This document shows positions 7,679 to 18,040 of a DNA stretch of 64,000 nt, one piece after another (positions within the stretch are counted from its first letter, which is position 1; each line of letters opens with the position of its first letter). Where the stretch lies: assembly GCA_040220235.1 (NCBI GenBank), contig JAVJTO010000024.1; one strand, written 5' to 3'. The notes beneath the pieces are model-generated. The model was given only the letters and a program-made list of their open reading frames with translations. It searched no databases and was not told the DNA's origin. Made by a program: the position numbers and the translations under genes. Origin of the DNA: Coleofasciculus sp. B1-GNL1-01. GTDB taxonomy: Bacteria > Cyanobacteriota > Cyanobacteriia > Cyanobacteriales > Coleofasciculaceae.

Positions 7679-10129
7679 CTAAGATTGAGGTGGCAAGGTA
7701 CTTAAATCCTCTAACACTTTCGTCACAGATTGATATCGATCCATAAAATAGTAACGCACCATTTTTTCTAATATTTCAGCTAACTCGTCACTCACATTTG
7801 CCAAATGACGCCAGCTAATTTCACCTGTCTCTGAATCCAGCACTAACTGGTGAGGAGGAATGCCTGTTAAAGCTTGAATCCCAATCACCCCAACCGCATA
7901 AATATCGCTGCTTAGAGTCGGGTGTCCAGCATATTGTTCTGACGGTGCATAGCCACGAGTACCAACCGCCACCGTATTATGTTCCTGGTTATCATGTTCC
8001 TGATCCAGCTTTTGTTGGGGTTGAATCTGTTTGACTGCCCCAAAATCAATTAACACCAATTGACCATCGGTTTGGCGACGAATAATGTTACTGGGTTTGA
8101 TATCCCGATGAATAACATTATGTTCATGGATAAACACCAGAATTTCTAAGAGACCTTTGATTAACTTGACCACTTGCTCTTCTGGCATTCGCTTATCTAC
8201 AGGTAACTCGTCGCTGAGTGAATCTCCTTTAATGTATTCTTCGACAAGATAGAATTCCCGACTTTCTTCAAAATATGCCAGCAACTGGGGAATGTGAGGA
8301 TGTCTGCCTAACTTTTCTAAGATTTCTGCTTCTGTATGAAAGAGACGTCTGGCAATGGCGAGAAATCGTTCATCGCGACGGGCGGGTTTTAAATGCTTGA
8401 CCACACATTTGGGTTTACCTGGTCTGTGGCTATCTTCCGCTAAATAGGTGAGACCAAATCCCCCAGAACCGAGAACCCGATTAATCTTATAGCGTCCGGC
8501 TAAAAGGTTGGGATTGTCAGATTGTTTAACCGTTGGCGCGGGTTGGCTCTGAACTGCATCAGGCGTCCAAATTGCCGTTTCTCCATTCCCATCCTGCTGC
8601 GATGGGGCAATAGCCGTTTCTTCACTCAGAGTTACCTCTTGCTGTTCTGCAATCAGAGTCTGATCGTCATCTTCATCCTCCTGAGTGGTTGGAGCAAAGC
8701 TGGTTCTATCTTGTAATAATCCCTGAAGGGCAATGAGATTATTTTCCTGTTCTTGGAGTAGACGGGCAAAATGGGCGCGTTCTTGCTGATTTTGGTAGGC
8801 GCTATAAGCCAAGACCCCTGTAGATGACATCACCAGTCCCAAGGCTGGTATCATCACGGGTATCCAACCTGCCTCCAGAAACACCATAAAGGATACGCCG
8901 CCCAAAAGACCAAGCGCGAGCATCTCAGCGAAAAGCATTTGCCAGATATTGCGGGTGACTCGCACCAGAATAGCGCCTGTGAACGACCAACCCCAAATCC
9001 AGATAACTTCGACCCAATTGGGCCAAAACCAAAAAAGCTGGCGTCCATTCAGAACGGTACTAAGCAGTTGACTGACGATGTGACCATGGATAACCACTCC
9101 CGGCATTGTCTCAATAATTAGCCCCTGTGAAGTATAAGGCGTGGAAAATCTATCTTTTTCACTGCGGGCGGCGATTCCAATTAAGACAATGCGGTCTTGA
9201 ACTAAGCTGGGATCAAGGCGACCTTCGAGAACCTCAGTCAAGGTGACGCTATCGGCTAGTTTGTCTGCAGATCGGTAATTTAATAGAATTTGATAGCCAC
9301 CCGTATCAGCCTGTTGATACCCTCCGGACGTCGGTTTTAGGGGTTTGAAAACAACGTCACCCCATTTCAGGTGATCATCGGGCGTAAGAGTGGGTTCGAT
9401 TCCTTTTCCTTCCAGATAGTGTTTGGCTAGTTGAAAGCTAAAGGAAAGTTTGGTGGTACAACCGGATTCAATGTCCAGATTGTGAAACAAGAACGCTCGG
9501 CGCACAACCCCGCCTTCATCAATGGCTAAATCGGCAAAGCCAACCCGTGAATCGGGAATGCCTGCTGGTGGGAGAGTCCCTCGATTTTCACTTTCACTAA
9601 TTTGACAGATAGGGATGATATTATTACTCGTTTGCAGGAGTTTAGATAACTCAGCATGACCGGGGGGTATGGCAATGTCCCGATAAATATCCAGACCAAT
9701 CATGGCTGGTTCATACTGCTGTAACGTTTGCAGTAGCTGGGTCATCACCGCATCGCTCATGGGCCACTGCTCTAGGTATTGAATGTCTTTTTCTGTCACC
9801 TCGACCATCAACAGACGCGGGTCTGGCGGTAATGAGGGTCGCAATTGCATCAACCCATCATAGGCACTTAGTTCCGCCTGTTCTAAAGGCTCGATCAGAA
9901 TCTTCAGGGCTTCAATTTTGAGCTGAACTCCGAGTACGTCAATCCCTTTAGCTCCTACCTGAATCCCCAAAAACAAGGCAGTAATGGCTAAACTGGTCAG
10001 CCATTCTGGATATTTCAACGCGAAACTACCAATGCGTTTAAGACGCGACCACAAGACAGAGAGCTTTGACCCTTCGCCACCCTCGTAGGGAACCTGGTTT
10101 TGAGATAACTCCCCACTAATTTCTTTCAC
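7679..10129 (-). CDS. CHASE2-domain membrane Ser/Thr protein kinase
   Basis: CHASE2 (IGLDIYRD, GFADLAID, PGVVIHGHIVSQLL), 3 TM helices, Hanks kinase (LGSGGFG, HRDIKPSN, DFG, GTRGYAPSE). Confidence 0.92.
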   Translation of the reverse strand: MKEISGELSQNQVPYEGGEGSKLSVLWSRLKRIGSFALKYPEWLTSLAITALFLGIQVGAKGIDVLGVQLKIEALKILIEPLEQAELSAYDGLMQLRPSLPPDPRLLMVEVTEKDIQYLEQWPMSDAVMTQLLQTLQQYEPAMIGLDIYRDIAIPPGHAELSKLLQTSNNIIPICQISESENRGTLPPAGIPDSRVGFADLAIDEGGVVRRAFLFHNLDIESGCTTKLSFSFQLAKHYLEGKGIEPTLTPDDHLKWGDVVFKPLKPTSGGYQQADTGGYQILLNYRSADKLADSVTLTEVLEGRLDPSLVQDRIVLIGIAARSEKDRFSTPYTSQGLIIETMPGVVIHGHIVSQLLSTVLNGRQLFWFWPNWVEVIWIWGWSFTGAILVRVTRNIWQMLFAEMLALGLLGGVSFMVFLEAGWIPVMIPALGLVMSSTGVLAYSAYQNQQERAHFARLLQEQENNLIALQGLLQDRTSFAPTTQEDEDDDQTLIAEQQEVTLSEETAIAPSQQDGNGETAIWTPDAVQSQPAPTVKQSDNPNLLAGRYKINRVLGSGGFGLTYLAEDSHRPGKPKCVVKHLKPARRDERFLAIARRLFHTEAEILEKLGRHPHIPQLLAYFEESREFYLVEEYIKGDSLSDELPVDKRMPEEQVVKLIKGLLEILVFIHEHNVIHRDIKPSNIIRRQTDGQLVLIDFGAVKQIQPQQKLDQEHDNQEHNTVAVGTRGYAPSEQYAGHPTLSSDIYAVGVIGIQALTGIPPHQLVLDSETGEISWRHLANVSDELAEILEKMVRYYFMDRYQSVTKVLEDLSTLPPQS

Positions 10130-10339
10130 GTATCTGATTACTCACAACTAACACCTTAACGCTAGCAAGAATTTCCCTGAACTGTAGCCAACATCAACAT
10201 AGAATTCAGTAGACACTGGTCTCTATTATGACTCAAGGTGAGTTGAACAATAATTCTCTTATTAGCGATAAATGAGTAGGGTGAGCAATGCCCATCCTAC
10301 CCAAAAGAGTTCTCATGCTTGGGGTGCTAGTTGCTTGAA

Positions 10340-12967
10340 TTACTTTTCAGTCATCGTGTAAGCCCCATCCCAGTCATCCGGTGGTGGTTCTTGGAGAAAA
10401 TGTTGACACCGCTTCAGGTGTAATGCAGCGGCTTTATCATTTTTGTCAAATTCTTCCATGATAATGCCAAATTCACCCATCGCCCGAGTAAACTTCCGGT
10501 TGAGATAATGCTCCCGTCCTTTATGGTAATGTTCAATAATTTCCTCTTTTTCAGCAGAAAGGGGATCAGAACGCAATCCCACCAGTTCGTAAATTCTGAC
10601 AGGCTTATTCTTGCCTTTAACACGAATGCAATCGAGTTCCCGATACCAAATCCTATCCTGGCAGGGAGCAAAGGTATATTCGCTAATGATAATGTCACAG
10701 CCATATTGCTTACTGGCACCTTCTAGGCGGGAGCCTAAGTTGACACCATCGCCAATGGCGGTGAACTCCATCCGCTTACTCGAACCAATATTGCCACTAA
10801 TTACGCTGTCCGAGTTAATCCCAATCCCAATTCGGATTTCTTCTTTTTTCTGGGCTAAACGACGAGCATTAAAATCTGCCAATCGGTGGCGCATGTCCAC
10901 AGCCGTTTGTACGGCTCTCCAGGCGTGATCGGGTAGGGGTAAGGGCGAACCAAATACCGCCATAATTGCATCGCCGATATATTTATCGAGAGTGCCTTTA
11001 TGCTTGAAAATTGCCTCGACCATCGATTCAAAATAGTCATTGAGCATCCCCACCACTTCTTCGGCTTGGAGTTTTTCGGTCAAAGAGGTGTAGCTGCGAA
11101 TATCGGAAAACAGCACCGAAACTTCTTTGCGATCGCCTCCCATTTTGGCATCACCCAGTTTCAGCAGTTCTTCTGCCAATTCCTGAGTCATGTACCGATA
11201 CATTGTACTCTTGAGGCGCTTCTCATCACTGATGTCGTCCATCACCACCAACGCGCCATACACATTGGTCAGATCACTCGTATCCGCAATGGAGTTAATC
11301 GACAAATGCACGCTATGCTCTTCATTGCTCGGCGTTAGCAACGTCTGATCGGGATAGTACTGATTGCGGTCTTTCTCACTTTTGGCGTCTAAGCCATTCT
11401 GTAGTAATTGAGCAAAGCTGGCAAGGCTACCCTCTTTCTCTTTAATTTTGATCAATTCGGAAACTGATCGCCCTTCGATAGTATCTCCCTTACTAAAGCC
11501 CAACAGTTGCTTGGCACTTTCATTCGCCGCGATAACTTTACCGGCTTTGTCTGTAGAAATTACACCATTGGTTAGACTGCGAAGGATATCCCGCTGCATT
11601 TGCTCCTGCTGTTTAACCGTGGCAAACAGCTTCGCGTTTTGCAGCGCCACACCCGCTTGGATATTAAAGGCTTCCATAAAAGCGACATCGCTTTGATCGA
11701 AACTCGCCTTCCAGCATTCGGGTGCGTCTTGTTCCTCTTTATCTGGATCGGGCTGGTAAGGAGGAAACTCTCCCTTCTTTTTCTTATTCACTAATTGAGT
11801 GACGCCAATTAACTCGCCATCGGCGTTATAGACTGGCATACACAGCAAGCTACAGGTGCGATATCCCGTATTGCGATCGGTTTCCCTGGCTTTCTCGGAA
11901 TCGGGATGATTGTACAGGTCAAATGGGATATTCAGAATTTCACCCGTCAGCCCGACTCGACCCGCAAAACCCGCTCCGATGGGAACCCGCAGTTCTTTCA
12001 TTGAACCCCCAGACTGAGGAATCTTCGTCCACAAGTCATTGCGTTCGTGATCGATTAACCACAAAGTCGAGCGATCGGCATTCATCAACTCCTTGGCTTC
12101 CTCCATCACCCGCTTGAGCGTTTCTTCCAAGTCCAAACTGCTCTTACTCAGGGATTCAGTCGCCTTCATCAGAGCATTAGCCGCTCGCTGTTGCTGAGTT
12201 GCCAGGTAAAATGACTTGGACGACTCCAGAATCAGGCGGATCGAGGGGGCAAATTCTTCAAAAAGTTTCTGGTCGCTTTCGCTAAACCCTTGTTTATCTA
12301 TTTTTTCTTCTAAGGGTAAATCATCCTCAGGCTCATGATCCGGCTTTAGCTTATTCAGGAGTTGAACCACCGCCACCAAGTCTCCCTTCTCATTGAGTAA
12401 GGGAAGCGTCAACATGGTATACGTCCGGTAACCGGTTGTCTTATAGAGCTTTTTAGACCCTTCTGATCGCGGATCATCGAAGAAATCGTAGGGATTATTG
12501 ACAACTTTTTTAAACGTTGCCACTTCCCCAGCAATTCCCTGATCAGCCGGAATCCGCAGTTCTATGGTTTTTCCATTCTCACCCTCGGCGACGATCGAAA
12601 ATAATTCATTCTTATTGTCATCCAGTAAAAATATCGTTGTCCGGTCTGCACCCAAAAGCTCTGCTGTCTTCAAGGTGATGGCATTGAGCATCTCCTGAAG
12701 AATTGTCTCAAACCCTTGGCTGTCGAGGAGCATGGACAGGGTTTGATGAACAACTTCGAGCTTCTTTTCCACCCCCGTAACAACTTCTTTGAAACTGTCT
12801 TGAGTCAGGGGGGCAAGAAACGCCGTAAATGTTCCATTAGTGGTCGCTAGGGCACTATCAGACGCGGGTTGATGTTCATGCGCTCTTTGGTCGTCAGTAT
12901 AGATTGGCGTTATATCAACGGTATCTCCATTGTGATCCGCAGACCTGGGTGAAAATGCAGCTGTCAT
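10340..12967 (-). CDS. cyaB1: Class III adenylate cyclase, GAF-GAF-PAS-cyclase (CyaB1-like)
   Basis: Two GAFs with NKFDE-like motifs, PAS, catalytic LFSDIRSYT, KYIGDAIMA, TAIGDGVNLGSRLEG. Confidence 0.88.
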   Translation of the reverse strand: MTAAFSPRSADHNGDTVDITPIYTDDQRAHEHQPASDSALATTNGTFTAFLAPLTQDSFKEVVTGVEKKLEVVHQTLSMLLDSQGFETILQEMLNAITLKTAELLGADRTTIFLLDDNKNELFSIVAEGENGKTIELRIPADQGIAGEVATFKKVVNNPYDFFDDPRSEGSKKLYKTTGYRTYTMLTLPLLNEKGDLVAVVQLLNKLKPDHEPEDDLPLEEKIDKQGFSESDQKLFEEFAPSIRLILESSKSFYLATQQQRAANALMKATESLSKSSLDLEETLKRVMEEAKELMNADRSTLWLIDHERNDLWTKIPQSGGSMKELRVPIGAGFAGRVGLTGEILNIPFDLYNHPDSEKARETDRNTGYRTCSLLCMPVYNADGELIGVTQLVNKKKKGEFPPYQPDPDKEEQDAPECWKASFDQSDVAFMEAFNIQAGVALQNAKLFATVKQQEQMQRDILRSLTNGVISTDKAGKVIAANESAKQLLGFSKGDTIEGRSVSELIKIKEKEGSLASFAQLLQNGLDAKSEKDRNQYYPDQTLLTPSNEEHSVHLSINSIADTSDLTNVYGALVVMDDISDEKRLKSTMYRYMTQELAEELLKLGDAKMGGDRKEVSVLFSDIRSYTSLTEKLQAEEVVGMLNDYFESMVEAIFKHKGTLDKYIGDAIMAVFGSPLPLPDHAWRAVQTAVDMRHRLADFNARRLAQKKEEIRIGIGINSDSVISGNIGSSKRMEFTAIGDGVNLGSRLEGASKQYGCDIIISEYTFAPCQDRIWYRELDCIRVKGKNKPVRIYELVGLRSDPLSAEKEEIIEHYHKGREHYLNRKFTRAMGEFGIIMEEFDKNDKAAALHLKRCQHFLQEPPPDDWDGAYTMTEK

Positions 12968-13062
12968 ATTTCTCGTTAGGGTCAGAGAACATTCCTGGCA
13001 TACGAATAAGATTACTCTATCAGTTAAAGTTTTACCACTCAGGTTTATTTTATTGGCAAGAT

Positions 13063-13208
13063 GAGGGAGCTGGGGGAGCTGGGGAAGCTGGGGGAGCTGA
13101 GGGAGCTGGGAGACTAAATTTCTATTGCCTATTGCCTATTGCCTATTGCCTATTGCCTATTGCCTGTTCCCTGTTCCCTGTTCCCTGTTCCCTGTTCCCT
13201 GTTCCCTG
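13063..13208. repeat. Composite short tandem repeat: 9-mer GGGGAGCTG tract, then heptamers (TATTGCC)n and (TGTTCCC)n (STRR-like)
   Basis: Directly visible between cyaB1 and recN. Confidence 0.9.
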
Positions 13209-13225
13209 ACGAATGACCATCTCCA

Positions 13226-15010
13226 TTAATTCTGACGCCAATGACGGGCTTGGGTCAACAGCGAATCAGCAAACGTCATGGCTTCTTGACCCGATTGTCC
13301 ACCCGCTAGCTGGGCAATTTCTTCCTGGCGGTGAGAATGATGATCGAGGCGACTGACGCGAATGACGGTACGCAGGTCAATTTCAGCCATTCCTTGATCA
13401 ACGAACGTGTTTGTCTGGTTAGTTTCGGGTAAGAGGGTTTGATCGATCACCTGTTTATCGACGCGGAAATGCCGATCTGCCATGGCGGCGATGATGGGTT
13501 GGTGTGTCACACACAACACTTGATTTTGCTGGCTCAGGTGATGAAGTCGTTCCGCGATCGCACTGGCTACGCGCCCCGATACCCCAGCGTCAATTTCATC
13601 AAAAATTAAGGTCATGCCTTGATCACCACTATGGGACAAACAGGCTTTTAACGCCAATAAAAAACGGCTCATTTCCCCCCCCGATGCCGTTGCTGCTAAC
13701 GGTTGTAGAGGTTCCCCTGGGTTGGGAGATAAATAAAACGTGACTTGATCCGCACCCGCCACTGTCGGCGCGATGGGCGTGATCGCCACCTGAAACTGTA
13801 CCTTTTCCATGGCTAGAGGCTTCAGTTGCTCTACCAGACGCTGTTCCAGTTCCTCGGCTGCGATTCGACGCAACTGGGTGAGCTGATTACAATATTCTGT
13901 TAAGATTTCCTGACATTGACGATAACTTTTTTCCAACTCATCCAAGGATTGACCATTACCCCGGAGTTCAGCCAATTCTGAGGTCAGTTTTTCGTAGTGA
14001 GCGATCGCATCGGCTAACGTGGGTCCATATTTCCGGCAAATTTGTTTCAGGGCGCGGATGCGTTCTTCCACCTCTTCTAAACGTTCGGGATCAGTTTCCA
14101 GTCCATCCCCATACGCATTAATTTGGTGAGAAGCTTCTACCACCTGGGCTAAAGCACCACTGACCAATTCTAGGATGGGTTGTAACTGGTTGTCGTATTG
14201 CGCCATATCACTCAACGTGGTTTCGGCTTCCCCTAATAAATCAGCGCAGGCAAATGCCCCACTATCGTTTTGGTAAAGTGACTGATAGACCTGATAACTT
14301 TGCTGTTGAAGTTCTACGACATGAGTTAACCGTTGACTCTCTTGTTCGAGTTCGGTGAGTTCATCGGGATCAGCAAGATCAGCAGCGCTCAGTTCCTGAG
14401 TTTGATACTCTAGCCAATCGAGACGTTGTAGGCGCTGCTGTTCCGACTGACGCCGTTTTTGCAGGGCTTGCCAAGCGTCCTGAGATGCCAGATAAGCCGT
14501 AGTCACTTGATCAAGGTGTTGTTTAATCGGGAAACCGCCGTAAAAGTCAAGGAGTCGCCGCTGACGAGTTGAGGCAAAAAGCTGTACTGTTTGACCTTGG
14601 GCGGTAATTTCCACCAAGCGATCGCGTAATTGTTCCATCAAGCGACGATTCACCAAAATCCCATTAATTCGCGATCGCGATCGCAGGGAGTTCTGTTTAG
14701 CCGTAATCTCTCGACTACAGACCAAATCCGCTTCATCAAGTAAATCAATTTCCTGTTCACTCAACCAAGCCATCAACGTCCCATCGATGCGAAACGTCGC
14801 CTCAACCAGCGCCCGTTTTTCCCCGGTGCGAATCAAGCGATGGGTGACTTTTCCTCCCAACGCGACATCAATGGCATCCAGAATGATTGACTTACCAGCA
14901 CCCGTTTCGCCCGTCAAAACATTCAGACCCGCCGCAAATTCCAATTCCAGTTGGTCAATTAAGGCAAAATTTTGAATCCGTAACGATAGCAACATAACAT
15001 TTTCATCCAA
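13226..15010 (-). CDS. recN: DNA repair protein RecN
   Basis: LTGETGAGKS Walker A, coiled coil, ASGGEMSR signature, LIFDEID Walker B, VTHQP; real start probably the ATG of MLLSLRI. Confidence 0.97.
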   Translation of the reverse strand: MDENVMLLSLRIQNFALIDQLELEFAAGLNVLTGETGAGKSIILDAIDVALGGKVTHRLIRTGEKRALVEATFRIDGTLMAWLSEQEIDLLDEADLVCSREITAKQNSLRSRSRINGILVNRRLMEQLRDRLVEITAQGQTVQLFASTRQRRLLDFYGGFPIKQHLDQVTTAYLASQDAWQALQKRRQSEQQRLQRLDWLEYQTQELSAADLADPDELTELEQESQRLTHVVELQQQSYQVYQSLYQNDSGAFACADLLGEAETTLSDMAQYDNQLQPILELVSGALAQVVEASHQINAYGDGLETDPERLEEVEERIRALKQICRKYGPTLADAIAHYEKLTSELAELRGNGQSLDELEKSYRQCQEILTEYCNQLTQLRRIAAEELEQRLVEQLKPLAMEKVQFQVAITPIAPTVAGADQVTFYLSPNPGEPLQPLAATASGGEMSRFLLALKACLSHSGDQGMTLIFDEIDAGVSGRVASAIAERLHHLSQQNQVLCVTHQPIIAAMADRHFRVDKQVIDQTLLPETNQTNTFVDQGMAEIDLRTVIRVSRLDHHSHRQEEIAQLAGGQSGQEAMTFADSLLTQARHWRQN

Positions 15011-15197
15011 TAGTTAGAGAAAGCGATTAATTAAAAGACGAAATAAGTCATACAGTGGATACTACCGTGCAGATCGAGCCAACCTTGTTCCTTAATCATG
15101 AGTCCTGATCAGGATAAACTGAATGGCGTGGTATCTCAATCATTTTTTTGTTACAATTCTTTACAGAGCCGCTCCTGTTGGTGAATCCTGAATAAAT

Positions 15198-17261
15198 ATG
15201 AATCTTAAAACAATTTCCCCTGCCTCTCCCCAGCGAGATTCAATAGCCGAACTCAATCCCTCAGTGGAACCCTTACCCCCTGAGCCAATTGTGGTTGAGT
15301 ATGAACAGGCGTCGTCCCCGGCATCAGCGCTACCACAGGAGTGTTCGGAAAACCGAACCGAAACGCTGCGCTATGATCCAGTAGCGATTGAAGCTCAATA
15401 TGGACGCGCACCGCTACAAGTCTTAGGACGGCTACTCAGGATTGCTTTACCCACGGCTGCCTTTGCCTTAGGGCTATGGTGGGATCGGATACGGGGTCGC
15501 CAACAGATCAAAGAACGGCGGCGAGCGATTCAGTTGCGGGAACTCTTAACCCAACTCGGACCAGCGTATATTAAGGTCGGACAAGCACTTTCGACACGAC
15601 CTGACTTAGTGCCACCCCTGTACTTAGAAGAGTTGGCATTGCTACAAGATCAACTCCCTCCCTTCCCCAATGAAGTCGCTTTTCGATTCATCGAAGAAGA
15701 ACTAGGCGATCGCCCCGAAGAAATTTATGCCGAACTGACCTCATCGCCTGTAGCCGCTGCCTCCCTAGGACAAGTGTACAAAGGGAAACTTAAAACAGGG
15801 GAAACCGTCGCCGTCAAAGTGCAGCGACCAGGTTTAGCACGGCGCATTGCCTTGGACGTTTATATATTACGCCGCCTCGCTCAGTGGGTACAAAACAATG
15901 TTAAGCAGGTGCGGAGTGACTTGGTGGCGATTATGGATGAGTTTGGCACCCGCATCTTTGAAGAAATGGATTATACCCAAGAAGGGTGTAATGCTGAACG
16001 CTTTGCCAACCTTTACGGTCACCTTCAGGATATATATGTACCCAAAATTTACTGGCAATATACAGGACGGCGTGTCTTGACAATGGAGTGGGTCAGTGGT
16101 ACTAAACTGACTAACCTGGAAGCAATTAAGGCTCAAGACATTGACGCCAAGTATTTGATTGAAGTTGGCGTGCAATGTTCACTACGTCAACTATTGGAAC
16201 ATGGATTTTTCCATGCTGATCCCCATCCCGGAAATTTACTAGCTACGCCAGAAGGCAAGCTGGCTTATCTGGATTTCGGGATGATGAGCGAAGTTAAACC
16301 CTATCAGCGTTATGGGTTGATTGAGGCAGTTGTTCATTTAGTTAACCGGGACTTCGCGGGTTTAGCTCATGACTATGTGAACTTAGAGTTTCTGTCGGAA
16401 GATACGGATTTAACCCCAATTATTCCAGCGCTTGCTAATGTTTTTAACAATGCCTTAGGCGCTAGTGTTGCTGAACTCAATTTCAAAAGTATCACTGACC
16501 AACTCTCGGAAGTGATGTATGAATATCCATTTCGAGTTCCAGCCTACTATGCCCTAATTATTCGCTCCTTAGTCACATTGGAAGGGATTGCGATTAATGT
16601 TGATCCGAACTTCAAGGTTCTCAGTAAAGCTTATCCTTATGTGGCGAAGCGTTTGTTAACAGATTCTTCCCCACAATTACGCGCTTCTCTAAAAGACTTA
16701 CTTGTCAAAGATGGCAATTTTCGCTGGAATCGCCTGGAAAATTTATTGCGGAATGCCGCCAATTCTCAAGATTACGATTTGAATAAGGTTTTAAATCAAA
16801 CGTTAGAATTTTTATTCTCAGAACGCGGTGTTTTGATTCGAGACCAATTGATCGAGGAAATTGTCAAAGCTGTCGATATGTTTGGACGTAAAACCTTTGA
16901 TAATGTAACTGAGTCTCTGCGCCAACGAGTGGGATTACAGCAAAAAACGGCATCCACTAGCAATGTCGTAGAACTGCCGCAAAGTGCAGAGCATATCAAA
17001 CGAATTTGGCAAATTCTGCAAGATACGCCCGGTTTCGATCCCTTCCAACTTGCCCCCCTTGTTCCCCAACTTTTGATGAAGCCAGAAACTCAGCAAATGG
17101 GACAAAAAATTGCTGGCGGTTTAGCCCAACGGGTGATGGCACGATTAATTCGGGAAGTTTTACTTCAGGAGACTCAAGGTCAAGGGGAAAAGCCTTCTAA
17201 TGGTTCTAGCGTCAAGCCTGCACCCAAACTCGTCCTGCCACCAGCCGCAGCGATTCACTGA
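15198..17261 (+). CDS. AarF/ABC1/UbiB family atypical kinase
   Basis: LGPAYIKVGQALSTRPDL, AAASLGQVY, VAVKVQRPG, HADPHPGN, LDFGMM. Confidence 0.93.
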   Translation: MNLKTISPASPQRDSIAELNPSVEPLPPEPIVVEYEQASSPASALPQECSENRTETLRYDPVAIEAQYGRAPLQVLGRLLRIALPTAAFALGLWWDRIRGRQQIKERRRAIQLRELLTQLGPAYIKVGQALSTRPDLVPPLYLEELALLQDQLPPFPNEVAFRFIEEELGDRPEEIYAELTSSPVAAASLGQVYKGKLKTGETVAVKVQRPGLARRIALDVYILRRLAQWVQNNVKQVRSDLVAIMDEFGTRIFEEMDYTQEGCNAERFANLYGHLQDIYVPKIYWQYTGRRVLTMEWVSGTKLTNLEAIKAQDIDAKYLIEVGVQCSLRQLLEHGFFHADPHPGNLLATPEGKLAYLDFGMMSEVKPYQRYGLIEAVVHLVNRDFAGLAHDYVNLEFLSEDTDLTPIIPALANVFNNALGASVAELNFKSITDQLSEVMYEYPFRVPAYYALIIRSLVTLEGIAINVDPNFKVLSKAYPYVAKRLLTDSSPQLRASLKDLLVKDGNFRWNRLENLLRNAANSQDYDLNKVLNQTLEFLFSERGVLIRDQLIEEIVKAVDMFGRKTFDNVTESLRQRVGLQQKTASTSNVVELPQSAEHIKRIWQILQDTPGFDPFQLAPLVPQLLMKPETQQMGQKIAGGLAQRVMARLIREVLLQETQGQGEKPSNGSSVKPAPKLVLPPAAAIH

Positions 17262-17421
17262 TATACTCCCGGTGGGCAATGCCCACCCTACGGTCTATCA
17301 AGTTTCGGCGATTCTAAAATGCTGATATCAGTGCCATTGAAGTGAAATTGAATAAATTTAGTAAGCTTTAGCTTACTTAAGCTTTGAGCCGGAAATTTAT
17401 TTCCCGGCTCTTTTCTAATTC

Positions 17422-17527
17422 TATAGCAATAGACACATCGATTAGGACGTTCGGCACCATTGTAGAGACGCGCCATGGCGCGTCTCTACATAAATGATGT
17501 GTCCTAACAGCCATGGCGGTTGCTATA
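17422..17527. mobile_element. MITE family B (TATAGC...GCTATA ends) with a nested GTAG REP palindrome at 17461-17490
   Basis: TATAGCA...ATTAGGAC / GTCCTAAC...TGGCGGTTGCTATA, shared with 34607-34700; inner TGTAGAGACGCGCCATGGCGCGTCTCTACA is a perfect palindrome. Confidence 0.7.
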
Positions 17528-17546
17528 ATTGAGTGAATTAGAATTA

Positions 17547-17834
17547 TTAACGACGCGAAAAGTTACCGTTTTTGCGGTTACCGCCTCTGTTTTCGCGAGG
17601 TCTGGCTTTATTCACCTTCATATTGCGCCCCATCCATTCAGCTCCATCGAGTGCCTCAATAGCGGCTGTTTCTTCATCATCTGTTTCCATCTCTACAAAA
17701 CCAAAACCCCGAGGACGTCCGGTTTCACGATCAGTGGGTAACTGCACCCGCTTGACAGCACCATAGTCTGCAAAGACAGCACTCAGGTCTTCTGCAGTAA
17801 CGTCGTAGGATAGGTTGCCTACGTAAATTGACAT
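17547..17834 (-). CDS. rbp: RRM RNA-binding protein (Rbp family)
   Basis: [10 protein letters not shown] (RNP2), RGFGFVEM (RNP1); GGAGA RBS upstream. Confidence 0.96.
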   Translation of the reverse strand: MSIYVGNLSYDVTAEDLSAVFADYGAVKRVQLPTDRETGRPRGFGFVEMETDDEETAAIEALDGAEWMGRNMKVNKARPRENRGGNRKNGNFSRR

Positions 17835-18040
17835 GATTGTCTCCAAGCTCAAAGTTGTATAAAGATGAGGGTATCGGAGACAAGTCTGTCAAGTCGAAAG
17901 GAAAAAAGCCAATCTGTACTAAGCACAAACACTGAAACCGAACACATTCTCCATGATTAAGCTAGCACAGGCTTGCAAATTTGGGTTCCCTGTTCCCTAA
18001 TCTCAACCGTTAACTTTAATGAAAGTCCACCTCCTTATCG

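Noticed and set aside
12904..13209. 101-aa ORF with GAGGAG/LPIAYC/LFPVPC runs
   Set aside because: Translation of non-coding tandem repeats; overlaps the cyaB1 start antisense
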